This document shows positions 18,626 through 27,723 of a stretch of 64,000 bases of DNA, piece by piece. How positions within the stretch are numbered: position 1 is the stretch's first letter; each line of letters begins with the position of its first letter. The notes under the pieces were generated by a model. The model saw nothing but the letters and a program-made list of their open reading frames with translations. It did no database searches and was not told where the DNA came from. The translations under genes and the position numbers were made by a program. The DNA is from Candidatus Binataceae bacterium (GTDB lineage Bacteria; Desulfobacterota; Binatia; Binatales; Binataceae), in assembly GCA_030038355.1 (NCBI GenBank), contig JASHPB010000044.1, positions 66 through 64,065 on the forward strand. Direction: 5' to 3'.

Positions 18626-20497
18626 CTATTGCTTGGTGAATCCGTCGCGGCTCCACTGCTCCGAGCCGACTCCATTGTGAACGAAGAATAGCCCGTCGGG
18701 ATCGTACTTCGCTTTGATCTGGGCCAAGCGCGGATGATTGCTGCCCCAGTACGCTTGCTGGAAGTTCTTCTCGAAGTAGTTGCTCTCGCTCCAATACGCG
18801 CCGGTGTCGCCGCTCACTGCGCGTAGCTGATCGACGCAATCGTCGACGCGTTTTCGAGCGGCGCGCCCTTCCACAACGTTGGGCTCATGACCTGGAATTC
18901 CGGGATAGGCTGAGTCCTGCGCGTCACCGACGATTGCAAGCGCAAATGCGTCCAGCACCGCGGGATTCGTCGCCGTGTCCTTCGCCGCTGCGATCACGTC
19001 AGGTGGCGCTCCCGCAAGTCCTTTGTTCAAGTGCAGCTCCAGCCCCGAATGGCGTGATGCCGCGAACAGCGCGTCTGCGAGTTTCTGCTGCGAAGCACTC
19101 GCGAGCAGGGACGCGGGAAGCCATAACGATTCCATTGCCCAGAGATACCAACCGCACTGAAAGGCATCGCCCTTCCACCATGCGTTACTTGGACTTGCAC
19201 CCGGGCGCTCATCAAAATTCAAGGTCGGCTGCGGAATGATATCGACCAGGACGCGATCAAGAAGGCCGCTGAACACACCAGTGTTGGGGATTGCGATTTC
19301 GACGAAATGCTCCTTCCACCACTCAACGTCCCACCAGCGCTGGGCAGGCAGGCTTCCGATCGTCACACGCCCCTCGATTGAATAATCGTTGGATGAGTTC
19401 CTCACCCAATCGAGAAATGGCTTCCAGATCTTAGTCGCCTCATCGCGATCAAGTCCCTGCGAAACCATGTTGACTTCAAATATGTTGTCCGGCCGAAACC
19501 GCGGCTGCTCGCCCCAATGATCGTTGAAGAGATTCTCGCTGTAGAAGCTCACGAACTGGCGGATGAGCCGCCGATAAGCATCGTCCGACGATGCCTTGAC
19601 CTTGAAGCTGGCGGCGCCGAAGTACTCCGGAAGATCATGCGTGCGCAGCGTCACCTTGCTGATCACGCCGTAGGTTCCGCCTCCACCGCCCTTCAGCGCC
19701 CAGAACAAATCCGAGTTGTTGCATGCGTTCGCCATCCGAACCTGGCCATCGGCGGTGACGACCTCGGCCTCGAGCAAACCCGCGGCCGCCGTGCCAAAGT
19801 GCTTTGAATAGCTTCCGAAGCCACCGCTCTGGATCAGGCCTGCGACTCCTACCGTGGTGCATCCTCCGCCCTGCACGTACTTCCCGCCCTTGGTGGTGAC
19901 CGCCTGATACGCCTGCATCCAGATCGTTCCAGCGCCCAGCGTAACCGCGGGTTGCGGCTTCATGGTCTGCTCGCATCCCTGCGGCACGAATGCGTCGTGC
20001 ATCTCGATATCGTGCATGTGCCGCGTCCAGATCAGCAGCGAGTCGGGTGCGTTGGAGGTCCCCTGATAGCTATGTCCTCCGCCCTTGACCACAAGGCGCA
20101 GATTGTTGTCGCGTGCGAATTTGACGGCAGCCGCAATATCCTGCGCGTTCCGCGCCGCGACCGCGTAAACACTCGGTTTAGTGTCCCACGCGTCGACCCA
20201 TCCGAGCGTCTGCGTGAGGCCCGGCGTGTCGCCGATAAAGTACGGGTTCTTCAGATTCTTCCAAAGCTGCTTCGCCGCGTCGCTGTTTGGATCCTTGTGC
20301 AAAATCGAAAGTGGAAAATCGACCGGAATAAGATTACCGCCGACTGTTTCGTTAAGCTGCTTCCATGCGGTCTGCGACGGCCACGCCGCAGCGCCGGGAC
20401 GACACCTGCTCGATGTCGGAGCGGCTCTCAAACCGCACGGCATCATCGAGAGGAGAGCGGCCGCACCCGACGCCTTCAGGAATGTTCGTCTGTTCAT
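18626..20497 (-). CDS. Tat-secreted FAD-linked oxidase (PCMH/VAO-BBE family), copy 2, paralog of 13517-15394
   Basis: RRTFLKASGAAAL Tat motif and VVKGGGHSYQGTS. The protein is collinear and highly similar to copy 1 throughout, and the DNA is also clearly similar. Confidence 0.8.
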   Translation of the reverse strand: MNRRTFLKASGAAALLSMMPCGLRAAPTSSRCRPGAAAWPSQTAWKQLNETVGGNLIPVDFPLSILHKDPNSDAAKQLWKNLKNPYFIGDTPGLTQTLGWVDAWDTKPSVYAVAARNAQDIAAAVKFARDNNLRLVVKGGGHSYQGTSNAPDSLLIWTRHMHDIEMHDAFVPQGCEQTMKPQPAVTLGAGTIWMQAYQAVTTKGGKYVQGGGCTTVGVAGLIQSGGFGSYSKHFGTAAAGLLEAEVVTADGQVRMANACNNSDLFWALKGGGGGTYGVISKVTLRTHDLPEYFGAASFKVKASSDDAYRRLIRQFVSFYSENLFNDHWGEQPRFRPDNIFEVNMVSQGLDRDEATKIWKPFLDWVRNSSNDYSIEGRVTIGSLPAQRWWDVEWWKEHFVEIAIPNTGVFSGLLDRVLVDIIPQPTLNFDERPGASPSNAWWKGDAFQCGWYLWAMESLWLPASLLASASQQKLADALFAASRHSGLELHLNKGLAGAPPDVIAAAKDTATNPAVLDAFALAIVGDAQDSAYPGIPGHEPNVVEGRAARKRVDDCVDQLRAVSGDTGAYWSESNYFEKNFQQAYWGSNHPRLAQIKAKYDPDGLFFVHNGVGSEQWSRDGFTKQ

Positions 20498-20531
20498 TTC
20501 ACCCGCCTTTCAGCCGGCGCTCGCCGCGCTT

Positions 20532-22040
20532 TCACAACGCGCGAGCGGACGCGGTTTGCTCTGCTTCAAGCGCGCTCAGCTGTGCGACACCTTGTGAATC
20601 AGATGCGTTCGCACCTTCGAGCCGTGCGACGTTTTCGAGATGGGTGGAGCGGTCGATGTTGTAGACGAGCAGGACGGCAATCGCAATCGCGCTGAAAGTC
20701 GTAACCGTCGGCACGAATACCATTCCAAGGTGGTACAGAACGGCCGGGTCGACGTGACCTTGCTGCGCATGCTGCGGGAAGCTGACCCAGGCCAGGATGA
20801 GGCCGGAGAGGAACGTGCCTACTCCCGTCACGCACTTGGCGATAAGCCCATTGGCGGCGAACAGCAATCCTTCCGAACGCTGGCCCGTCGCGATCGCCGC
20901 GTCCTCAACCACGTCCGCCATCATCGAGCTCGCAATGATGAATCCCGTGAGACCGAGCGTCGCCGAGAGGAAGGTGAAGGCGAGGACGATGATGAACACT
21001 GCAGGCGTGCCGTTTGGCGGCAGCATTCCGACGAGGCGCATCGCGATCGGCGCGATCGAGGTAAACAGCGATGCGAAGAACACTCCGATCATCGCGGGCT
21101 TCTTGCCGAAGCGTTTCGAAATCGCGGGCGCCAGCCCAACTCCCGCGAATGCTGCAAACAGAGTGGCCACCGCAAGATACGACATCTGCGCCGGCGTGAG
21201 CTCGAAGAAATAGGCCGAGATGTAGAAGTCGAGGCTCTGCCTGAGGCCCATCGAAATCGCGCCGACAATTCCGGAAATCGTAAGCGCCAGGAACGAGCGG
21301 TTCGTCACGGTGACGCTCAACTCGCGAAACTTGTCGTGCCACGTGGTGCGGACCCTCGGCTCGCGCGCGACCGTTCGGATAAAGCGGTGCGTGCCGATGC
21401 ACGAGATCATGATCGAAAAGAAAATTGCGATTCCCGCGCTGATCCCGATCGCGCGATAGCCCGCCGGATTCAACAAACCCAGTGGATGCGCCGCGTCCTT
21501 GCGCAGGAACACCTGCAGCGCGAGGAACGAAATCCCCGCGCCGCCTAGAGTGCCGAAGAAGAAGCGCGAGCTCATCAGGCTCGTGCGCTCGTCGTAATCG
21601 TAGGTCAGCTCCGGTCCCAGCGCAGAGCTCGGGATCTCGTAGAGGCTAAGCAATACCCGCACCGTCACCAGCATCACGCCCATATAGATGAGCAAGTGAT
21701 CCTTCGACCATCCAAGCGGCGGTGCGAGCAGAAAGTAGAACGCGATTGCGGCTGGAAGCGCCGACGCGTACATGAACGGATGCCGCCGGCCCCACCCCGA
21801 GCGCGTGTGATCCGACCATTCGCCGATTAGCGGATCGCAGATCGCATCGAAGATCAGCGTCACCATCATCACCGCGCCGACCCACGCCGCCGGCAGTCCA
21901 ACCACCTGGTTGAAGAACAACAGCAAGCCCGATGCTAACAGCGCCTGATGAACGCCGAAGGCAGCCGAGCCGACGCCATACAGGACGTTGGTCGAAAACG
22001 TCAGCCGCCGAGGCTTTGACGATGGTTGTTCAATGCTCAC
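20532..22040 (-). CDS. MFS transporter, GPH (glycoside-pentoside-hexuronide:cation symporter, MelB-like) family
   Basis: 502 aa and 12 TM. The motifs DAICDPLIGEWSD...RSGWGRRHPF are typical of GPH/MelB symporters. Confidence 0.75.
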   Translation of the reverse strand: MSIEQPSSKPRRLTFSTNVLYGVGSAAFGVHQALLASGLLLFFNQVVGLPAAWVGAVMMVTLIFDAICDPLIGEWSDHTRSGWGRRHPFMYASALPAAIAFYFLLAPPLGWSKDHLLIYMGVMLVTVRVLLSLYEIPSSALGPELTYDYDERTSLMSSRFFFGTLGGAGISFLALQVFLRKDAAHPLGLLNPAGYRAIGISAGIAIFFSIMISCIGTHRFIRTVAREPRVRTTWHDKFRELSVTVTNRSFLALTISGIVGAISMGLRQSLDFYISAYFFELTPAQMSYLAVATLFAAFAGVGLAPAISKRFGKKPAMIGVFFASLFTSIAPIAMRLVGMLPPNGTPAVFIIVLAFTFLSATLGLTGFIIASSMMADVVEDAAIATGQRSEGLLFAANGLIAKCVTGVGTFLSGLILAWVSFPQHAQQGHVDPAVLYHLGMVFVPTVTTFSAIAIAVLLVYNIDRSTHLENVARLEGANASDSQGVAQLSALEAEQTASARAL

Positions 22041-22849
22041 CAGGAACGCTCTTCACGCCGCGTGCACTCGACGCCGCCATCAACAAAAAGGACCTGTCCT
22101 GTCATCAAAGAGTTCTCCGGGCTGAGGCACCAGGCGATGATTGCGGCCATTTCATCCGGCCGTGCCGGATACTCCCCGCGCAGCGGAACCATCTGTCCCA
22201 TGGCCGACCTGGTGTCGGGATTCGAGAGGATATAGGCGGCCGCCGGCGTATCGATAAATCCCGGCGCGAGCACGTTCAGCGTGATGCCAGCGCCTGCCCA
22301 ATCGCCTGAGCCCGCCGCGCGGCGGCACCAGCAATTCAACGAATACTTGGCGTTGGCGTAGAGCGCCAATCCGACCTGCAAGCCTTGCTCCGGCGTCATC
22401 TTGTCGAGCGGCGCAATCTTCGAGGCGTATTTCCACGCGCCGTCGATCGCCGCCTCCTCGTCCATCTTGAGCATGGCACTGACCAGGCTCTCGTCGACGG
22501 GACTGAACGACGCTATCGATGAAACCGCGATCGCCCGCGGCGCAGGACTGGATTTGAGCAGCGGGCGCAAGCCTTCGAGCGTCGCGACCGCGCCGAAGAA
22601 GTTCAGTTGCAGACTGGTCTGCGGAGGGCCACCACCCGCGACCGCCGCGATGGCATCAATTCGACCACCGGAGAGTCGCGTCACGCCATCAACGAGCGCT
22701 TTGCGTCCTTCGTTCGTCGTGAGGTCGGCGACCACCTCAGCATCGCGGAGATCGGTGCCGATAACGCGCCCGCCCCGCTCCCGAAGCCATCGCGCGGTTG
22801 CCGCGCCGATTCCGGACGCAGCGCCCGTGACTACGAACGTTCGATCCAT
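22037..22849 (-). CDS. SDR-family oxidoreductase
   Basis: Rossmann motif VTGAASGIG near the N-terminus, at classical SDR length. The start is taken at MMDRTF. Confidence 0.75.
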   Translation of the reverse strand: MDRTFVVTGAASGIGAATARWLRERGGRVIGTDLRDAEVVADLTTNEGRKALVDGVTRLSGGRIDAIAAVAGGGPPQTSLQLNFFGAVATLEGLRPLLKSSPAPRAIAVSSIASFSPVDESLVSAMLKMDEEAAIDGAWKYASKIAPLDKMTPEQGLQVGLALYANAKYSLNCWCRRAAGSGDWAGAGITLNVLAPGFIDTPAAAYILSNPDTRSAMGQMVPLRGEYPARPDEMAAIIAWCLSPENSLMTGQVLFVDGGVECTRREERSW

Positions 22850-22997
22850 CATTGATACTCCCAGCATCGGCGATTCGGGTAGGAGCAACCGCGATGCCAT
22901 CGATGAAGTCAGTTAAATGCAATAATTCCCATTCGCGCGAACGCAGTTACGGCGCTGCGCGCAGTGCCGCGCGTGCAGAGGTTCTCGATCTCGACGA

Positions 22998-24080
22998 TCA
23001 TCTTAATGCCGGCGTGACGATTCCAAGTTCGATCATCGTGCGGCCGGTTTCGAATAGTGTGTCATCTACCGGGCGTGACGTAAGGCCCAAGTCCTCGCGC
23101 GCATGATCGCAGTAGGCGCGCGGCGCGTCATACGGGCGGCCATACTTCGCGACTATCTCCTCGTATCCCTTCGGCGGGCCGCCGACGGCGACATGCGGGA
23201 AGAGGCGCGCGAGATGCTGCTGCAGCTCGGCGGCGTTCAGCTCGCCCGAGCGATCGGCCGCCGTCAATTGATAGCGCCCGCCGTTGGCGCAGTGGGCGCT
23301 TTCGATTATCAGCGCGTGGGCCTCGCCGACGTCGCGCACGTCCACGATATTCCATAGGTGCTGCCATCCGCGCCCGCACGGCTTTCCCATCAGCATCCGC
23401 CCGAGGAAGTATTGCCACGAGCCTGGCAGCTCATGCGCGCGAGAGAGCAGCGGCCCCAGTCCGACGCACGGACACACCGTGATCACGTCGAAGCGGCCGT
23501 GCTCCTCGGCGACGCGCCAAGCCAGCTGCTCGGTCGCGATCTTGCCCATCGCGTACGCGACGTCGCCGTTGGTCTCGATATTCTCCGGCGTCCAACTCGC
23601 ATCCCTGCCGCGATTATCCGACGCCCAGTCCTTCTCAGTGAAGATGTATCCGGGCGCCGCCGGATGCGCGATCGCCGAGAACGAACTCGTGTATACGACG
23701 CGCCGCACGCTGCCCGACTTCTTCACCGACTCGAGCACGTTCATGGTACCGCTCACCGCGCCATCGTAAATCTGCCGCGGCTTGTTCACGTTGGCATAGC
23801 CCATGGGAGTGCCGACGTGCAGCACGGCCGCGCATCCGGCGAAGACCTCGTCGTAGCTCCCGGGCTCGAGCAGGTTGCCGGTTCGAAGTTCGACGCGGCC
23901 CGGATACACGCCGCTATTCATCGCGAGCAGATGCGCAGTCTTCTCCGGCTTGCTCTGATCCGTTACGCACGCGCGCACCGTGTGCCCGCGCTTCACCAGC
24001 GCCAGCACGACGTGCGAGCCGATATGACCTGACGCTCCGGTGACAGCAACGGGACCATCGGACGGTTTAACCTGGGGCAT
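22998..24080 (-). CDS. NAD-dependent epimerase/dehydratase family protein (extended SDR; cinnamoyl-CoA-reductase or 3-beta-HSD-like)
   Basis: VAVTGASGHIGSHVV Rossmann motif and YAMGK active-site Y-x3-K, in 360 aa. Confidence 0.75.
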   Translation of the reverse strand: MPQVKPSDGPVAVTGASGHIGSHVVLALVKRGHTVRACVTDQSKPEKTAHLLAMNSGVYPGRVELRTGNLLEPGSYDEVFAGCAAVLHVGTPMGYANVNKPRQIYDGAVSGTMNVLESVKKSGSVRRVVYTSSFSAIAHPAAPGYIFTEKDWASDNRGRDASWTPENIETNGDVAYAMGKIATEQLAWRVAEEHGRFDVITVCPCVGLGPLLSRAHELPGSWQYFLGRMLMGKPCGRGWQHLWNIVDVRDVGEAHALIIESAHCANGGRYQLTAADRSGELNAAELQQHLARLFPHVAVGGPPKGYEEIVAKYGRPYDAPRAYCDHAREDLGLTSRPVDDTLFETGRTMIELGIVTPALR

Positions 24081-24102
24081 TTGGGCGTTCTCCGATTGCT
24101 AT

Positions 24103-25770
24103 TTATCGACCGTGGCGGAGCACCTGGCCCGCGTGGACCCCGGTATGGCGGCCGTCGCGCAGGTTGACCTTGCCGTTGACGATGGTCGCCTTGTAGCCGA
24201 CCGAGCGCTGGATAAATCGCGGCGCGCCGCCCGGAAAATCATTGACCAGCTCCGGCTGCCGCTCGGCGACCTGGTCCGCGTCGAACACGTTGACATCGGC
24301 GCGCATCCCGGGTTTAAGCGTCCCGCGATCCTTGAGGCCGATGACGCGCGCCGGTCCAGAGGTCAGGCGACGGATCGCCTCGGCCATCGAGTAGAGCCCG
24401 GTCTCGCGCACCCAGTACGACAGGACGAAGCTCGGCCATCCCGCGTCCATGATTTGCGAGACATGCGCGCCGGCGTCGCCGAGGCTCGGGAAGCAGTGCT
24501 CGCTCTTGAACAGGTCGCCGAGCGCCTTCAGGTTGCGATTGAACATCCTGAGGTTGAAGAGTGCCTTGCCGCCCGTCTCGCGCGTGAGGCGAAGGAAAGT
24601 ATCCGCCCAATGCTCGCCGGCCCTGGCCGCCTTTGCCTTCAGATTGTTGTCCGACGCCGCCGTGTAGTCGGGCGAGACGCCCGCGCCGAGGTAGAAGACA
24701 TGACTCATATCTATGAAGGTGGAATTCTCGCGTTTCGCCTCCTCGAGCAGTTTGGCGCTGAAATCGGAATCGTTGATCGCGGCGAGGCGCTCGCGAAAAC
24801 TACGCGCGCGCAGCTCATGCCACGTCTCGCCCGCGACCGGCAAGTTTGACTGCAGCCCGAAGATGAAACCCGAGCCGCGCACCTGCGTGATCGCGGTGAC
24901 GTCGCGATGGCTACAGAAGCGGTCGAGAAACTGGCGGCGCTGGATGCCCGAGTCGTCTTCCTCGCCCGCGCCGAAGCTGAACAGAATACGGCTCTTGCCC
25001 TCGTCCGCGATCGCCTTCATCACTTCGAGGTCGGCGCCGACGGCCTGCATCAGCGCGTCGCGTGGCGCGACCTGCTTCGCGATTTCGATAAGCTCGATCG
25101 GATCGGCAAACGTGCCGGGAATCGAACGACCGTCCGGCAGCTGGTGCGGCGCGTAGCGATTGGTCGAGAATCCGACCGCGCCGCGATCGATCGACTCGCC
25201 CACTATCTCGGCCATCCGGCGCCTCTCGGCTGCGGTCGCCTGCGCTTCGACCGCGCGCTCGCCCATCACGTAGAAGCGTACGGCGCAGTGCCCGACCATT
25301 CCGGCGACGTTGATTCCGGGGTTCAGCTTTTCGATCGCATCGAGGTAGCCGCCGTAACCCTCCCAGTTCCACGGGAGCCCGGTGAGGATTGCGTTGCGCG
25401 GGATATCCTCGACCGTCTCCATCATCGCGGCGAGCAGCTCGCGATCGGTGGGCCTGCAGGGCGCAAAGGTGACGCCGCAGTTGCCGAGCAGCGCGGTAGT
25501 CACGCCGTGCCAGCTCACGGGCGTGAGGTCGGGATCCCACCCGATTTGCGCGTCGAGATGGGTATGGACATCGACGAAGCCTGGCGTGACGATCAGGCCG
25601 CGCGCGTCGATTTCGTCGCCTCCGCCGCCTACCTCGTGGCCGATCGCCGTGATCCGGCCGTCATCGATCGCGAGGTCGGCGGCGAAAGGCTCGGCGCCCG
25701 TGCCGTCAACGATAGTGCCGCCCTTGATGACGATTTCATGCGACATTGTGCTCTCCGCTTCATGTGACAT
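24103..25770 (-). CDS. N-acyl-D-amino-acid deacylase (D-aminoacylase) family amidohydrolase
   Basis: 555 aa. The N-terminus IVIKGGTIVDGTG...GLIVTPGFVDVHTH has a metal-binding HxH, and the C-terminal region matches Amidohydro_3 / D-aminoacylase. The start region carries a 24-bp tandem duplication, so the alternative start is 25746. Confidence 0.75.
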   Translation of the reverse strand: MSHEAESTMSHEIVIKGGTIVDGTGAEPFAADLAIDDGRITAIGHEVGGGGDEIDARGLIVTPGFVDVHTHLDAQIGWDPDLTPVSWHGVTTALLGNCGVTFAPCRPTDRELLAAMMETVEDIPRNAILTGLPWNWEGYGGYLDAIEKLNPGINVAGMVGHCAVRFYVMGERAVEAQATAAERRRMAEIVGESIDRGAVGFSTNRYAPHQLPDGRSIPGTFADPIELIEIAKQVAPRDALMQAVGADLEVMKAIADEGKSRILFSFGAGEEDDSGIQRRQFLDRFCSHRDVTAITQVRGSGFIFGLQSNLPVAGETWHELRARSFRERLAAINDSDFSAKLLEEAKRENSTFIDMSHVFYLGAGVSPDYTAASDNNLKAKAARAGEHWADTFLRLTRETGGKALFNLRMFNRNLKALGDLFKSEHCFPSLGDAGAHVSQIMDAGWPSFVLSYWVRETGLYSMAEAIRRLTSGPARVIGLKDRGTLKPGMRADVNVFDADQVAERQPELVNDFPGGAPRFIQRSVGYKATIVNGKVNLRDGRHTGVHAGQVLRHGR

Positions 25771-25782
25771 TGTGCTCTCCGC
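25735..25782. repeat. Perfect-but-one 24-bp tandem duplication spanning the RBS, ATG and first codons of the amidohydrolase
   Basis: ttcatgcgacattgtgctctccgc / ttcatgtgacattgtgctctccgc. It yields MSHEAEST-MSHE with two in-frame ATGs, each preceded by GGAGAG. Confidence 0.85.
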
Positions 25783-25857
25783 GCTCCGATGCGCATAATT
25801 GGCGCCGCCGGCGAGAAACGAACCCGTTGAGGATTACCGCGCTCTTGCCGGCGCTTG

Positions 25858-25886
25858 TTAGAACGGATATTCTAAAATAGCCGTTC
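25858..25886. promoter_or_regulatory. Nested palindrome in the divergent promoter region; candidate TetR operator
   Basis: TTAGAA-cggata-TTCTAA overlaps GAACGG-(14)-CCGTTC, within the 141-bp intergenic region between the amidohydrolase (-) and the TetR gene (+). Confidence 0.3.
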
Positions 25887-25938
25887 GAGTCAAGCGTGGC
25901 GAAGAAGAATCTTGGAAGAGAAGTTTCAAAAGAAGCCG

Positions 25939-26607
25939 ATGGTCTCGCGGCCGTCTAGGCGCGACCTAGCGGCGGCGGCCGCCGGTGATGCGATCCTTGG
26001 AGTCCGCGGCTATCGCATCCGCGATCTTGCCAAGGCCGAGGAGCGCCGCCGCGCGATCCTGCTCGGCGCGGCGCGAGCGTTCGCGAAGGGCGGCTACGAC
26101 GCGACCAACATGGATCAGATCGCACGCGAATGCGGCCTCGCCAAGGGCCACATCTACCACTACTTCCGGAGCAAGGAAGATATCTTCACGGAAATCCGCT
26201 GCGAGGCCGTGACGCGGCTCCTAGAGCGCCTGACGGCGATTATCGACGAGACAGGAGACGACCCGGAGGCGGTCATCAGGCAAGCGATCGCGGCGGCGGT
26301 CGCGCGCGCCTTCAAGGAGGGCGAGCGCTACGAATCTGTCCTGCCAGACCCCGTGTCATTGAGCCCGGAGAATCGGCGGCGCATCCGCAGGCTCGGGCGC
26401 CGTTACGAGCAGCTGTTCTCGAATGTCATCGGCGATGGCATGGCCAAGGGCATTTTCGCCCACGGCGATCCGAAGCTCGTGACGTTCGTAGTTCTACGCG
26501 CCGCACTCACGGTGTCGAACTGGTACCGCGAAGGCGGCAAATGGAAACCCCGCTGGATCATCGACCAGGTGACCGAGCAGTTGGTGCGGAGCCTCCGCGC
26601 GCGGTAG
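25939..26607 (+). CDS. TetR/AcrR-family transcriptional regulator
   Basis: An N-terminal HTH (ILLGAARAFAKGGYDATNMDQIARECGLAKGHIYHYFRSKEDIF) is followed by a helical ligand-binding domain. The start could also be at 25912. Confidence 0.8.
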   Translation: MVSRPSRRDLAAAAAGDAILGVRGYRIRDLAKAEERRRAILLGAARAFAKGGYDATNMDQIARECGLAKGHIYHYFRSKEDIFTEIRCEAVTRLLERLTAIIDETGDDPEAVIRQAIAAAVARAFKEGERYESVLPDPVSLSPENRRRIRRLGRRYEQLFSNVIGDGMAKGIFAHGDPKLVTFVVLRAALTVSNWYREGGKWKPRWIIDQVTEQLVRSLRAR

Positions 26608-27393
26608 CCGTGGGCGGATCCTACGCGAAATCTATCGGGCGGCCCTTTGATTCTCGCCGGTCAGGTTTCGAGTGGTTGGACGTCGCGATCGATCGCCGCC
26701 TGACGCTGACGGCGCGCGCTACGAATCTCGTAGGAGACCTGCAGAGGGAGCCAGAATTCCGCGTCGTTCCCGAAATACGCCCAAGCGGAGCGCACTGTCG
26801 GCGGTAATCGCGCGGCGGCCACCGATTATCTGGCAGATGCGCCTTTGCGGCACTCGCAGCGCCAGCGACAAGGGGCTCGAACCCGCGCGTGAGCGCCAGG
26901 TGATTGAGCGTCTCCTCGCTGACGACGTCGCCGATCGTTGCTTTGAAACCCCGATCCTCGATTTGATGTACGGATGGTGTCTGGGCCTCCGAGTCAGCCG
27001 GTCGGCCGACTCGCGGTCCGCCTCGACCGCGCAGACCCATCCCGGCGCATCCGCGCGAGCGCCAGCGTATGGTGTCCGTTCTTCGCGCCGATGTCGTGGC
27101 AACGATCCCCCTTGCGCGCCGCCGATAGCACGATCGGTCGAATCTCTCGCTCGGCGAGCCCCAGGGTAGGGGCGCGTATCGTGGCGGAAGTTGATGGGAT
27201 AATCGCATCCGCGGATGATTCGTGCCGGTAAGCGCCGATAGGTGGCCTGGTCTGCCACCGCCGTGTTCTTGATTTTGCGGAGTGTTCCGCGCATCGGGAC
27301 TGGCAACCTAAGCCGCGAACTGACCTGTCCGTCAACTCGATCGCGATGATTGCCCCATGGCATTCGAGCCATCGAGCAAGTAAGCATCAAAGC

Positions 27394-27699
27394 ATGAGAT
27401 CGTATCATCGAGCCGCGATTGCAATCGCGGTCTGCTACCTCATGTACCCGCCGTGGAACACGCAGAAGCAGGCGATCGATCCGAGCATGCCCATCCGTGA
27501 CTGGTACCAGGTTGCGACTTTTTCCTCGTCATCCGAATGCCGGGCGCGGAGCTTTGAACTCCTGCGACAGATGGACGGACAGATAGCCCACTCCGATAGC
27601 TACAACGAAGACGAGCAGAGGCGGCTCCGCGCAGACGCGCAATGTATCGAGGAAAACGATCCTCGCCTGAGGACCACGCAGGTGCCAAAGCCCGACTGA
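27394..27699 (+). CDS. Small hypothetical membrane-anchored protein (~101 aa)
   Basis: An N-terminal TM helix (AAIAIAVCYLMYPPW) is followed by a polar domain with two Cys. It sits in a locally lower-GC stretch, and codon support is moderate. Confidence 0.35.
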   Translation: MRSYHRAAIAIAVCYLMYPPWNTQKQAIDPSMPIRDWYQVATFSSSSECRARSFELLRQMDGQIAHSDSYNEDEQRRLRADAQCIEENDPRLRTTQVPKPD

Positions 27700-27723
27700 T
27701 TCGCCGGCAGCGCGAGCTGCGCC

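Noticed and set aside
26719-27408. A 229-aa Arg-rich minus-strand ORF downstream of the TetR gene
   Set aside because: The composition (R>20%) and absence of any motif suggest a non-coding frame. It is kept only as part of the ORF-poor region finding.
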